A DNA stretch of 30,820 bases from positions 1-30,820 of the IMG/VR virus record IMGVR_UViG_3300032320_002660, one strand, 5' to 3'. The first letter of the stretch is position 1, and every line of letters begins with the position of its first letter. The translations under genes and the position numbers were made by a program. Under the pieces are notes generated by a model that was given only the letters and a program-made list of their open reading frames with translations, ran no database searches and was not told the origin of the DNA. This document shows positions 8,219-16,392 of the stretch, in pieces. Origin of the DNA: a virus (Duplodnaviria; Caudoviricetes).

Positions 8219-10483
8219 TTATCTTACTTGTGTGACTGTTAGGATTACTGATGGTACTAAAGGTATATTGCCACTTGCAGCAATTGCCGTTAATACAATA
8301 TTTGCATCAGGAGATTGCCAACATAATTCATAATAATCACCTGCTGCTGCATCTACAACATAATTCCATGATGCTAATACTTTTGCTGCTGCAGCACCTC
8401 CAGTAACTGTTACTGCACCTGCAGTATTAGATACATTAGTTCCATTCTTTTTTAACCAAATATAGATTACATCAGTTCCACTACCTGATACTCTATCTAC
8501 TTGTGCAGAGAATTGTAAGTTATATGTTCCACTATTTGCTAATGTTATTCTGCTATTAGATGCAATTGATACACCTTGTGATATATCAGTTGTTCCAAAA
8601 TTCATTGATGGAGATACATTTGCACTACCTGATTGTGATACTAATGAGCTGAATGCACCTACATTGAATTGTCTGTTACCATTTGCAAAGAATGAACTTC
8701 CACTTTGAATTGTCAAACTACCAGTTAGTGATGTGCTGCCACTTACATTAAGACTACCTTCAAAAAATGAATTACTGCCTGAGTCAATTAAGAAACCAGT
8801 TTTTCTTGTTGTTCCATTTCCAGTTCCAACTGAAAATACTGCGTAGTCAGATTTATTTCTTATACCATCGTTTACATTAAATCTACCAAAAAATGCAGAA
8901 CCTTGTGAATTACCATCTCCTGCAGACATACTTGCAGTAACAATCAATGTGTTACCATATACAATAGACCTATGGAAATTACCAAATGTTGAAGGTGCAC
9001 TTATTCTAGAATTGCTATAATCTGAAAAAATTGTATTGGCTCCACCACCTATTAAATTATCATTGAATTGTGGTTGTGATGTTGTAGTTGCTTGGACACT
9101 ACCTGTTATAGTTATTGTATTAGTGTTACCTGCAATTGTATTTCTTTGCAAAGACACAAAACCTAATCCAGCAGATGATGAGAAATAGTTATTATTGAAT
9201 TGAAATGCACCATCGTTGACTGAATTACCCGTAAAATTGACTGCTGATTGAATTAGAGTTAGAGTGGCCGCTCCATTTATATTATTATTAGAAACAGTAA
9301 CAGTTGATGCTGTAAGTGCAGTTACTCCTGCATTTACAGAAAATGTTCCCGCAACATAATTACCAGTCATTGTTAATGTAGAAGTTAATTTTTCTGCACT
9401 AACTGTTCCTGCAGCCTGTCCTATGTTTATACTTCCTAAAAGATTATTATTTGCTACTGTCCATGCAGATGCACTTGCCGGCCCTCTCATAGTTAAACTA
9501 CCTTGTCCAAAATAGTTATTAGTTACATTCGGACTAAATTGCATTGACTCACTTATTTGTGCAAATCCTGCACCTAATGCAATATTATTAGAAGTTAAGT
9601 ATCTCTTAAATCCTGCAGTCGGTGCTACTGGATTTAGGAATATATTTCCACTACCTGATATAATTGTATCAGCGGTATTGTTATTCGTTTTGAATATTAT
9701 ATTAAGTGAACCACTTCCAACTGCAGATACAGATGAACTTAAATGTAAAGATGATGATGTATATCCTTTCGCAACTAACATCATACTACCTGATGCATCT
9801 GTGATTGTATAGAAATTATTTGCGTTATCTATCCACGTTTGGTCACCTGTAAATGTATTGCTACCTGTTGTTGCAAAACTACCTGTGTTAATGCTTCCAC
9901 CACTACCTGTGATTGCAAGTATTCTTGTATTTAACGATGCACTAAATGGAATAAAGTCAACATTATTTATAATAACTGAACTACCTGTAATATTAGTATT
10001 AACTACCGAACCTAATGTTAATGCAGTAATGTTAGAATATAATTCAGTTGCACCTCCTGTGTTTCCTTTTAATTGAGCACCATTTGGAAAGAATATACTT
10101 CCACTTATGTTTTGATTACCTACGAATGTGTTTGAGCCAGTTGTTGCAAATGATGCAGTGTTAAATGTGCTACCACTAACATCAGGAATGTTTACATTAA
10201 ATGTTGTTGCATTTCCTTTTGTGAATGTTAAATTTCTTGTTGCATTGTCAAACGATGCAGTGATTAAAGAACTTCCGGTGATTGCAGATGTTACACTACT
10301 CGTTAATGCATTTATTCTTGTATTAAATGATGCACTATCTGTTGTGTATGCATCTTGGTTTACATTATTTGCAATTGAAGCAGAATTATAATTTCTTAAT
10401 ATCTCAGGCGTAATATCTCCCTCATTGTTATTAGGAAATGATGAAATGTTTAATGCTTCTAATTGTGCTTTAGTTAAGCCCAT
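8219..10483 (-). CDS. Fibre/spike protein with probable beta-helix and C-terminal C1q/TNF(BclA-C)-like domain
   Basis: 754 aa, Gly/Ser/Thr/Asn-rich; duplicated 'SFATTGSNTFxGxQ' unit; C-terminal 'SRITLANSGTYNLQFSAQ...IWLKKNG...GDYYELCW'. Confidence 0.7.
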   Translation of the reverse strand: MGLTKAQLEALNISSFPNNNEGDITPEILRNYNSASIANNVNQDAYTTDSASFNTRINALTSSVTSAITGSSLITASFDNATRNLTFTKGNATTFNVNIPDVSGSTFNTASFATTGSNTFVGNQNISGSIFFPNGAQLKGNTGGATELYSNITALTLGSVVNTNITGSSVIINNVDFIPFSASLNTRILAITGSGGSINTGSFATTGSNTFTGDQTWIDNANNFYTITDASGSMMLVAKGYTSSSLHLSSSVSAVGSGSLNIIFKTNNNTADTIISGSGNIFLNPVAPTAGFKRYLTSNNIALGAGFAQISESMQFSPNVTNNYFGQGSLTMRGPASASAWTVANNNLLGSINIGQAAGTVSAEKLTSTLTMTGNYVAGTFSVNAGVTALTASTVTVSNNNINGAATLTLIQSAVNFTGNSVNDGAFQFNNNYFSSSAGLGFVSLQRNTIAGNTNTITITGSVQATTTSQPQFNDNLIGGGANTIFSDYSNSRISAPSTFGNFHRSIVYGNTLIVTASMSAGDGNSQGSAFFGRFNVNDGIRNKSDYAVFSVGTGNGTTRKTGFLIDSGSNSFFEGSLNVSGSTSLTGSLTIQSGSSFFANGNRQFNVGAFSSLVSQSGSANVSPSMNFGTTDISQGVSIASNSRITLANSGTYNLQFSAQVDRVSGSGTDVIYIWLKKNGTNVSNTAGAVTVTGGAAAAKVLASWNYVVDAAAGDYYELCWQSPDANIVLTAIAASGNIPLVPSVILTVTQVR

Positions 10484-10501
10484 ATTATTATATTTTATTT
10501 G

Positions 10502-10753
10502 TTAGTTAAAACCATTACTAAATCCACTACTAAATGCACCAAGTCTTACACCTTGTATCACACCGATACCTTGTTCCATCAATGCACCATTACAACATCT
10601 TACATCATAAGTGTCCTCATTCAAACATAGACATGCTCGTCTACTATTTTTAGGTGATGATAAACCTCTTGTTGGCCCTATGTAATATCCTGAGTTGTTC
10701 TCTCTGTTAACTGAATATCTCAATGCACCATTTCTACTATTACTCCAAGGCAT
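10502..10753 (-). CDS. Small Cys-rich phage protein (83 aa; start reassigned to ATG 10753)
   Basis: 'SPKNSRRACLC...TYDVRCCNG...QGIG' motif. The ORF-track start overlaps the TGTTA promoter-like motif. Confidence 0.7.
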   Translation of the reverse strand: MPWSNSRNGALRYSVNRENNSGYYIGPTRGLSSPKNSRRACLCLNEDTYDVRCCNGALMEQGIGVIQGVRLGAFSSGFSNGFN

Positions 10754-10800
10754 ATGTAATGTTTTTATCTTTAACAATACATATGCAAAAAATGGTAGAG

Positions 10801-11069
10801 TTATTTAATAGACTTCATTGCCTCTCTATGTATCATTGCTTCCAATCTATTCTTGTCCGATTTGTATGCAAGAAATAGTAAACACTTCTCTAATGGTTGT
10901 TCTACTACGGTATCTATCCTTTCGATGTTGCCTTCAGCAAGTTCGAATATTGTTGAATAGCTTCTCCACTTTCTACTAAAATTGACTTGATGTTGGCTGG
11001 TACCTCCATCTCCGTCAAAGAGTTCAGGGTATCTTTCATTAAGTCCATTTGCAAATAGAGAAAAAAAAA
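10801..11069 (-). CDS. -1 frameshift extension of the tail assembly chaperone (gpGT-like C-terminal part)
   Basis: The -1 frame is open from the slippery site: SLFANGLNERYPELF...FSRKWRSYSTIFELAEG...CLLFLAY. Confidence 0.7.
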
Positions 11070-11567
11070 CAAACATCCAAAGTGCACATCCATTGTTACA
11101 TCTAACCATACCTTCTCATCTATCGTGCCTGTGTATTGTTCTATCTGATATAAACCATGTCTATCTTTCTTTGCTACTGGTCTATATAGTATTGACATTA
11201 TCTTTGCCCAATTCTTATCTATACTTATTGTATCATACTGAGATATGTCCGCGTATGCACCATAAGACATTTTAGATAAGTTAGGTTCAAATCCGTATTC
11301 AGTATTTCCGATAGTCACAAACTTATGTAGTTCCATATCTTCTGGTTTTAAGAATTGACTTAACTTTGCTTTTAATACATTATAACTTTCAGCAGATACA
11401 TTTGGTATTTCCTCATAAGGTATACCGCATAGGTGATGCAACATCAAAGCATCTACTGCTTCTTCATCCTCTTTGTATGCTTCTATATCATTCATCAACT
11501 CTAAATACTTTCTTAGAGTAATGTCTTTCCAATCTGTTAATGCCTGTACCTTAATTGTTTGTTTCAT
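10914..11567 (-). CDS. Tail assembly chaperone (gpG-like)
   Basis: 217 aa with 'YGFEPNLSKMSYGAYADI...IMSILYRPV'; contains a T9 slippery site encoding LFFF. Confidence 0.7.
   Translation of the reverse strand: MKQTIKVQALTDWKDITLRKYLELMNDIEAYKEDEEAVDALMLHHLCGIPYEEIPNVSAESYNVLKAKLSQFLKPEDMELHKFVTIGNTEYGFEPNLSKMSYGAYADISQYDTISIDKNWAKIMSILYRPVAKKDRHGLYQIEQYTGTIDEKVWLDVTMDVHFGCLFFFLYLQMDLMKDTLNSLTEMEVPANIKSILVESGEAIQQYSNLLKATSKG
11061..11069 (-). other. Programmed -1 ribosomal frameshift slippery site (T TTT TTT)
   Basis: Nine A on the plus strand (nine T on the minus strand) within the overlap of two frames. Confidence 0.7.
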
Positions 11568-11568
11568 A

Positions 11569-11754
11569 TTAGTTTTGTTTTATCATCATTATTTGTAATT
11601 GTTGTTTACACCATTTAACCTTTGCTTCTTCGTTTTGTAGTTTAGCAAGTAGTGCCATATTCTGTGCTCTTAAATCTTCATTTACTTTTTGCATTTCTTT
11701 TGCATATAGTATTAAGTCTTTTAATTCTTCTGATGTCCATAGTTGTTTATCCAT
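11569..11754 (-). CDS. Small coiled-coil protein
   Basis: 61 aa, fills the gap between terL and the chaperone with 1-nt spacers. Confidence 0.7.
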   Translation of the reverse strand: MDKQLWTSEELKDLILYAKEMQKVNEDLRAQNMALLAKLQNEEAKVKWCKQQLQIMMIKQN

Positions 11755-11755
11755 A

Positions 11756-12937
11756 CTATCTTATTGTTATTGCGTAATTACCTGCGTTAATCTTTTTTGC
11801 ATTCATTTGTTCCATTACTCCATATCTCATTGCATCTAATAAGTGATTGTTTGCATCCACAGGAACATTCGTTACACCTCCGTTGCCATCATCTACCCAC
11901 TCATACGAATAAAGTTCTTCTATGAGGTTTGTATTCGATTTAGGCACTACTATACGATACTTCTTAACTAAATCAATTCCCCATTGTATACTATCCTTGC
12001 CTTTCTTCACACCTCTTGCTAATGGAAACCCACCTTTTTTTATTTCGTCTATCAATCTAGGCTCACTACTATCTACAATGATTATATCTCTGCTATCTAC
12101 ATTTTCTCTAAGTATATCTATTATCTGTTGCGTAATTAAACCTTTCTGATATATGTGTTCATTTACTATTATCTTATCTCCACTTTTCCAAATCGCAACT
12201 AATGCAGTTGGGTCACTTACATATCCAATGTCTAATCCAAAACAAACAAACTCAGCAGTATCAAAGTCAAACTCATCAACAACTTCAAAGTCATAGATTT
12301 GTTTTTCATTCACTGCAAATTGTCCTAAACCATATGTTTGCCAGTATCGAGGATTAGTTTCTCTATACTTCTCAATGAAACGAACTTGTTCTTCAGGCAA
12401 ATAAGGATTGTCTCTATATGTTGTAATGTATGTCTGCACATCATCTCTTACACTTAATTCTTTTATTATCCAATGTTTAGGTGAGAATGATGGGTTATAA
12501 CTTAATATAATTTGACCTGTTGTTCTGATTGCTAATTGCATAAACTGCTCTGAGTTTAATTCATTTGCTTCATCTATCCATAATATATTTCTCCTAAGTC
12601 CTTTTAACTTCTCTGCACTATCTGTTGAAAAGAATTCTATTACACTATCGTTGTCAAATGTATATGTGTGTTCAGTTGCCATCCATCTATTATCATCCCA
12701 TAAATTCATTCCTCTCATTATATCTTTGAAGTCACGTATAGCTGATGTTCTTAATGCAGGAAAGGTTTTTCTTACTACTGATATCAAAAGAGTTTCAGAT
12801 ATTGCTTTAACGATTAGATATTGTATTAAAGCAAATGACTTACCACTTCTTGCAGACCCTTGATGTAATTGTATCTTTGCCTTACTATCCCATGCGTTCT
12901 GAAATGTGATTGTTGTATCAACCTTCAATTCTGTCAT
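11756..12937 (-). CDS. terL: Terminase large subunit (PBSX/SPP1-like)
   Basis: Walker A 'QGSARSGKS', Walker B 'LWIDEANE', 'SYNPS', nuclease motifs 'GLDIGYVSDPTA' and 'NHLLDAMRY'. Confidence 0.95.
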   Translation of the reverse strand: MTELKVDTTITFQNAWDSKAKIQLHQGSARSGKSFALIQYLIVKAISETLLISVVRKTFPALRTSAIRDFKDIMRGMNLWDDNRWMATEHTYTFDNDSVIEFFSTDSAEKLKGLRRNILWIDEANELNSEQFMQLAIRTTGQIILSYNPSFSPKHWIIKELSVRDDVQTYITTYRDNPYLPEEQVRFIEKYRETNPRYWQTYGLGQFAVNEKQIYDFEVVDEFDFDTAEFVCFGLDIGYVSDPTALVAIWKSGDKIIVNEHIYQKGLITQQIIDILRENVDSRDIIIVDSSEPRLIDEIKKGGFPLARGVKKGKDSIQWGIDLVKKYRIVVPKSNTNLIEELYSYEWVDDGNGGVTNVPVDANNHLLDAMRYGVMEQMNAKKINAGNYAITIR

Positions 12938-13223
12938 CTGGTCTATTTATGTTTATTGATATCTGTTGTATCTTTGCATTGATATCCATACTTCCGTTTA
13001 TATCTACACTTCTCATCTTAGGCATTGCATATTCCATTAGTCTCATTGCTAACTCCATTGCCTTCTCTGGGTTTTTCTTTTTTATCTCTAATAAGTCTGC
13101 TTGTATTGTAGATAGAGTATTGTTTACTGCACGAGCAATAGTTAACTTCATCTCTTCCGTAGAACGATTTAGTGCTCCTGGTTTTCTACCACCTAACTTA
13201 TTTCCTTTCTCAAACTTTGCCAT
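12918..13223 (-). CDS. terS: Terminase small subunit
   Basis: 101 aa, N-terminal 'FEKGNKLGGRKPGALNRST' (F.KG...GR.KG.N type); overlaps the terL start. Confidence 0.75.
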   Translation of the reverse strand: MAKFEKGNKLGGRKPGALNRSTEEMKLTIARAVNNTLSTIQADLLEIKKKNPEKAMELAMRLMEYAMPKMRSVDINGSMDINAKIQQISININRPDDRIEG

Positions 13224-13265
13224 ACGATTTGTGTCGTTATTTATACGATTTTAACAACAGTAAAA

Positions 13266-13367
13266 TTATTTGTTAGTGTATACACACCATGCAACAGATA
13301 ATCCAATGGTGAGGAGATATGTGATAATGAGAACCCATATCTCATCTATGTCTTTATTCTTTTTCAT
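13266..13367 (-). CDS. 33-aa single-pass membrane peptide
   Basis: Not in the ORF track. MKKNKDIDEIWVLIITYLLTIGLSVAWCVYTNK; start overlaps the end of the upstream gene and the ORF fills the gap. Confidence 0.55.
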   Translation of the reverse strand: MKKNKDIDEIWVLIITYLLTIGLSVAWCVYTNK

Positions 13368-14052
13368 ATTGTATTCTTTGTTTCCAATCTTTTACTAATG
13401 GTTTTACAAATATCATCTTTGGTTCACTCTCACTTACTCTATATTGTTTACCATCTTTTGCATATTTAGCTATTGCTGCTTTTGGGTCTGTCCTTGCTAA
13501 TATTCCTCTTGCATCATTTACTCCTCTCTTTGCCCATAATCCTATTGGTGATTTGGATATGCTTGTTCCACTTGTTTCACCTACATGTGTCCAATTGTCT
13601 GCAAGATATACTGCACCTCTTCTATTTTCATTCTTTAATACATAGGTTTCCATTAGTAGCAAGTCATCACCATATCTTTCTTTCCATCTCTTTGCACCTT
13701 CTATTCTAATCATCTTTAATACTCTGCTACCTAAGTTCTTTACGCCACTATCTGGTTTTAAGCAGAAACGATAGTTGTTCGCCATACTATTAGATAACTT
13801 CATTCTTTGTTCTTTTGTCCAACCTATCCAATTATCTCTATCCTTTACACATAATACACAACTGCTTATTCCTATTGCACCTACTAACTCTGCACCATTC
13901 CATACTAACCAATTGATTCTTCTTTGTGGAACTACCTTATACTTTACATATGAATGATACTGATTGATAAAGTTTGCAAACATCTTTGTCTTTTCTGGTG
14001 TATTACATTCGTCTATTGTAATTTCTGTATTATTATATTCAAAAAAACTCAT
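13354..14052 (-). CDS. DUF4338 (DruA-like)/Mom-like GNAT-fold protein
   Basis: 'FINQYHSY...GAIGISS...RDNWIGW...NNYRFC...NLGSRVL...WKERYG...LMETYV...GAVYLADNWTHVGET'. Confidence 0.75.
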   Translation of the reverse strand: MSFFEYNNTEITIDECNTPEKTKMFANFINQYHSYVKYKVVPQRRINWLVWNGAELVGAIGISSCVLCVKDRDNWIGWTKEQRMKLSNSMANNYRFCLKPDSGVKNLGSRVLKMIRIEGAKRWKERYGDDLLLMETYVLKNENRRGAVYLADNWTHVGETSGTSISKSPIGLWAKRGVNDARGILARTDPKAAIAKYAKDGKQYRVSESEPKMIFVKPLVKDWKQRIQYEKE

Positions 14053-14225
14053 TATCTTATTCTTTCTATGTGAAATCCATGTAGTAAATCTCCATCCTTA
14101 TCGTATATCATAAACATATGGTAGTCTAGCTTATCATCAGATACTAATACAAACTCACAATGTTTTATAAATTGCCAGTCAAAGTATAACTCTAAATGTT
14201 TGGCCATCCTTTCATTAGTATTCAT
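14052..14225 (-). CDS. Hypothetical protein (57 aa)
   Basis: Not in the ORF track. MNTNERMAKHLELYFDWQFIKHCEFVLVS...FHIERIR; its TAA overlaps the next ATG (TAATG). Confidence 0.65.
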   Translation of the reverse strand: MNTNERMAKHLELYFDWQFIKHCEFVLVSDDKLDYHMFMIYDKDGDLLHGFHIERIR

Positions 14226-14646
14226 AATAGTCGTGCGTATTTGGATAATCTCTTTGAATACTCTTTTTACTTTTTGATTGTTTAGTTTCTGCAGTTTCTT
14301 TATCTCTTCTATCGTTTATCCATTTCATTAAGACTGCATCATTTAATATCTCATCCAATTTTTCCTTAAAGTATGCCTGCCATTCATCTCTTACTTTCAT
14401 CTTATGTAGTTTTGCACGAAGAGGATAAAACCTACTATGATAATTGTGATTAGGCCCTTGATACGGGTATGGTTCTTTTCTTTCATACTTACTTCTTTTC
14501 TTTCCTTCAATTACCTTTTGTGCTTGATTAACACATGGATTACATCTCCATATAGGTTTCTTTGCATGAAATTCTGTATCACATGTTTTACACTTTCTTA
14601 ACTCACCATTCTTGTGGTCAAACTTTACACTCCATAATCCTGCCAT
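14215..14646 (-). CDS. Basic protein with a CxxC...CxxC zinc ribbon
   Basis: 143 aa with 'CKTC...CNPC'. Confidence 0.7.
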   Translation of the reverse strand: MAGLWSVKFDHKNGELRKCKTCDTEFHAKKPIWRCNPCVNQAQKVIEGKKRSKYERKEPYPYQGPNHNYHSRFYPLRAKLHKMKVRDEWQAYFKEKLDEILNDAVLMKWINDRRDKETAETKQSKSKKSIQRDYPNTHDYYEY

Positions 14647-14650
14647 AACT

Positions 14651-15202
14651 TTATTTGAATGGGTTGTCTATAACTTTTTCTAAATGTTTTCGCATCCGTT
14701 TGATTTGTATGAACACGGTGCTCTTGGAAATTCCTATCTTATCTGCTAATTCTTGTAGTGTATCCTCTCCCATCCAATACAACTCATATAGTTTTGCTGA
14801 TGTCCATAACTTTGTTCTTTGTAATCTTTTTAATTCTTGTAAGACTTCTTCATGTGCCTGAACAACACTCTCATCTAAATCATAATCATATTCTTCAAAA
14901 GGGTCATCATGTACTAACTCACCTACATACTTTACTCTATTAAGTTTCTTTACTTTGTTAATCCATCTATGTTTCAAAAAGGCCATTGCATACATTCTAT
15001 TGTATGAATCTTTCCAATACAATTTTGGGTGGCACTTCTTTATGAGGTACTCCCATAAATCGGCACATAAATCCTCACTTTCTTCCCTATTCTTTGTTAT
15101 GTTAAATGAAACTTGGTGCAACCAGATTGAACTATCATTATAAAAGTTTTCTAATCTTTTATTACAACTTATCTGCATGCTGCTACTAAGTTCATTACCC
15201 AT
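14651..15202 (-). CDS. Phage ECF-like sigma factor (probable late-gene sigma)
   Basis: Region 2-like 'EESEDLCADLWEYL' and region 4 HTH 'TLQELADKIGISKSTVFIQIKRMRKHL'; 183 aa; upstream of the terminase genes. Confidence 0.8.
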   Translation of the reverse strand: MGNELSSSMQISCNKRLENFYNDSSIWLHQVSFNITKNREESEDLCADLWEYLIKKCHPKLYWKDSYNRMYAMAFLKHRWINKVKKLNRVKYVGELVHDDPFEEYDYDLDESVVQAHEEVLQELKRLQRTKLWTSAKLYELYWMGEDTLQELADKIGISKSTVFIQIKRMRKHLEKVIDNPFK

Positions 15203-15464
15203 TCTTTTCTACATTGATTATAAAATTACGAATGGTATCTGCTGCTCTTATCCAATGTCCTGCAGCTGAACCACAGCTACATGGTTGACCTTCATTCGTT
15301 TTTAATATCTTATTATGATTACTCCATACCCAACCCATTCTATCGTTTGGTATATGTGTAGTAATGGTATGCATAACTTGTCTAAGTTCTATATACTCTG
15401 CTTCTGTGTAAGGCAGATAACGATTAAAATATTCTGGTGGTATTGTAGTGGTATTTACTTCCAT
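15195..15464 (-). CDS. Hypothetical protein with a PCSCGS motif
   Basis: 89 aa, translationally coupled in the operon. Confidence 0.7.
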   Translation of the reverse strand: MEVNTTTIPPEYFNRYLPYTEAEYIELRQVMHTITTHIPNDRMGWVWSNHNKILKTNEGQPCSCGSAAGHWIRAADTIRNFIINVEKNG

Positions 15465-15465
15465 A

Positions 15466-15735
15466 TTATTTCTTTAATGTTTTCAATTTTGGTAATTCCA
15501 ACTCTTTCTTTTCAAGTTGAGGCATTGGTTGTCTTGCAGGAATTGGTTTAGATAAATCTAAGAATGGTCTAAGTGTTTCAAATGCAGGATGATAAGGTGA
15601 GAATGTAAATCCAATACTACTAAGGATTATCATAAGGTCATTCACATTTGTACATCTACTGAAATCTACCATATAAAGACTATCCTTGTCAATATCTACT
15701 GGTGTTCCGTCTAAGTTTGCTTTTTCTGTTATCAT
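15466..15735 (-). CDS. Hypothetical protein
   Basis: 89 aa, tightly packed in the operon. Confidence 0.65.
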   Translation of the reverse strand: MITEKANLDGTPVDIDKDSLYMVDFSRCTNVNDLMIILSSIGFTFSPYHPAFETLRPFLDLSKPIPARQPMPQLEKKELELPKLKTLKK

Positions 15736-15737
15736 AT

Positions 15738-15947
15738 TTATAATTTAATTTGTCCGTGATTTTCACAATTGAATAGTTTGTCTAAATATTCTTTTCTGCT
15801 TTGGCATCCACAATCTGTCTTTCTAAAGAAAGTCCATGCAACCCATCCGGCCAGGGACTTGCCCCAGCCAAATGTGATTACATCAATCAAACTTTCCAGC
15901 CAGCTACCCAGAGGAAAGACACACAACTTTTTTATATTCTTATTCAT
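15738..15947 (-). CDS. Small phage protein with a DCGC..R..YL motif (69 aa; start reassigned to ATG 15947)
   Basis: 'LGSWLESLIDVITFG...DCGCQSRKEYLDKLF'; the ATG lies 4 nt after the HNH stop. Confidence 0.65.
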   Translation of the reverse strand: MNKNIKKLCVFPLGSWLESLIDVITFGWGKSLAGWVAWTFFRKTDCGCQSRKEYLDKLFNCENHGQIKL

Positions 15948-15951
15948 ATTA

Positions 15952-16320
15952 TTATCTATTATAGTAAGGGTGTTTAGGATTTGCACTTCCGTATAAAACT
16001 CCTGCTTCTTTTCCGTATTTCATATTCTCTAATTGGTCTACAACTTTTAAGTTATCCAATGAATTATTATGTTTGTCATGGTCTATGTGATGACATTGTA
16101 AGCCATTTGATATCACTCCGTTATAACATTCGTATACAAAACGATGCACTAAATACATTTTACCTACTCCGTTCTCATGTATACAAAATTGCTGATATCC
16201 TCTTGTGTGAGGTGCTTTAATAAGTTCTGTTATTCTATTAAACTTAAAAGAATAAATGTTACCATCTTTGTCCGACGCGTAATCTCTAAATACTGGGTGT
16301 TTTTTTAATTCGTTTTCCAT
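15952..16320 (-). CDS. HNH homing endonuclease (NUMOD4-like N-terminus plus HNH_3)
   Basis: 'DYASDKDGNIYS...GYQQF...YLVHRFVYECY...HHIDHDKHNNSLDNL'. Confidence 0.9.
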   Translation of the reverse strand: MENELKKHPVFRDYASDKDGNIYSFKFNRITELIKAPHTRGYQQFCIHENGVGKMYLVHRFVYECYNGVISNGLQCHHIDHDKHNNSLDNLKVVDQLENMKYGKEAGVLYGSANPKHPYYNR

Positions 16321-16392
16321 TTATTTGTGTGTTTGTTTATACTAATATATATCGTTTTTATTTTCAAGCGTAATACAATTTTTTATAATATG

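Noticed and set aside
11061-11069. Sequencing-error frameshift or pseudogene
   Set aside because: Both frames stay open past the site, as expected for a gpG/gpGT programmed frameshift; read confirmation is still desirable.
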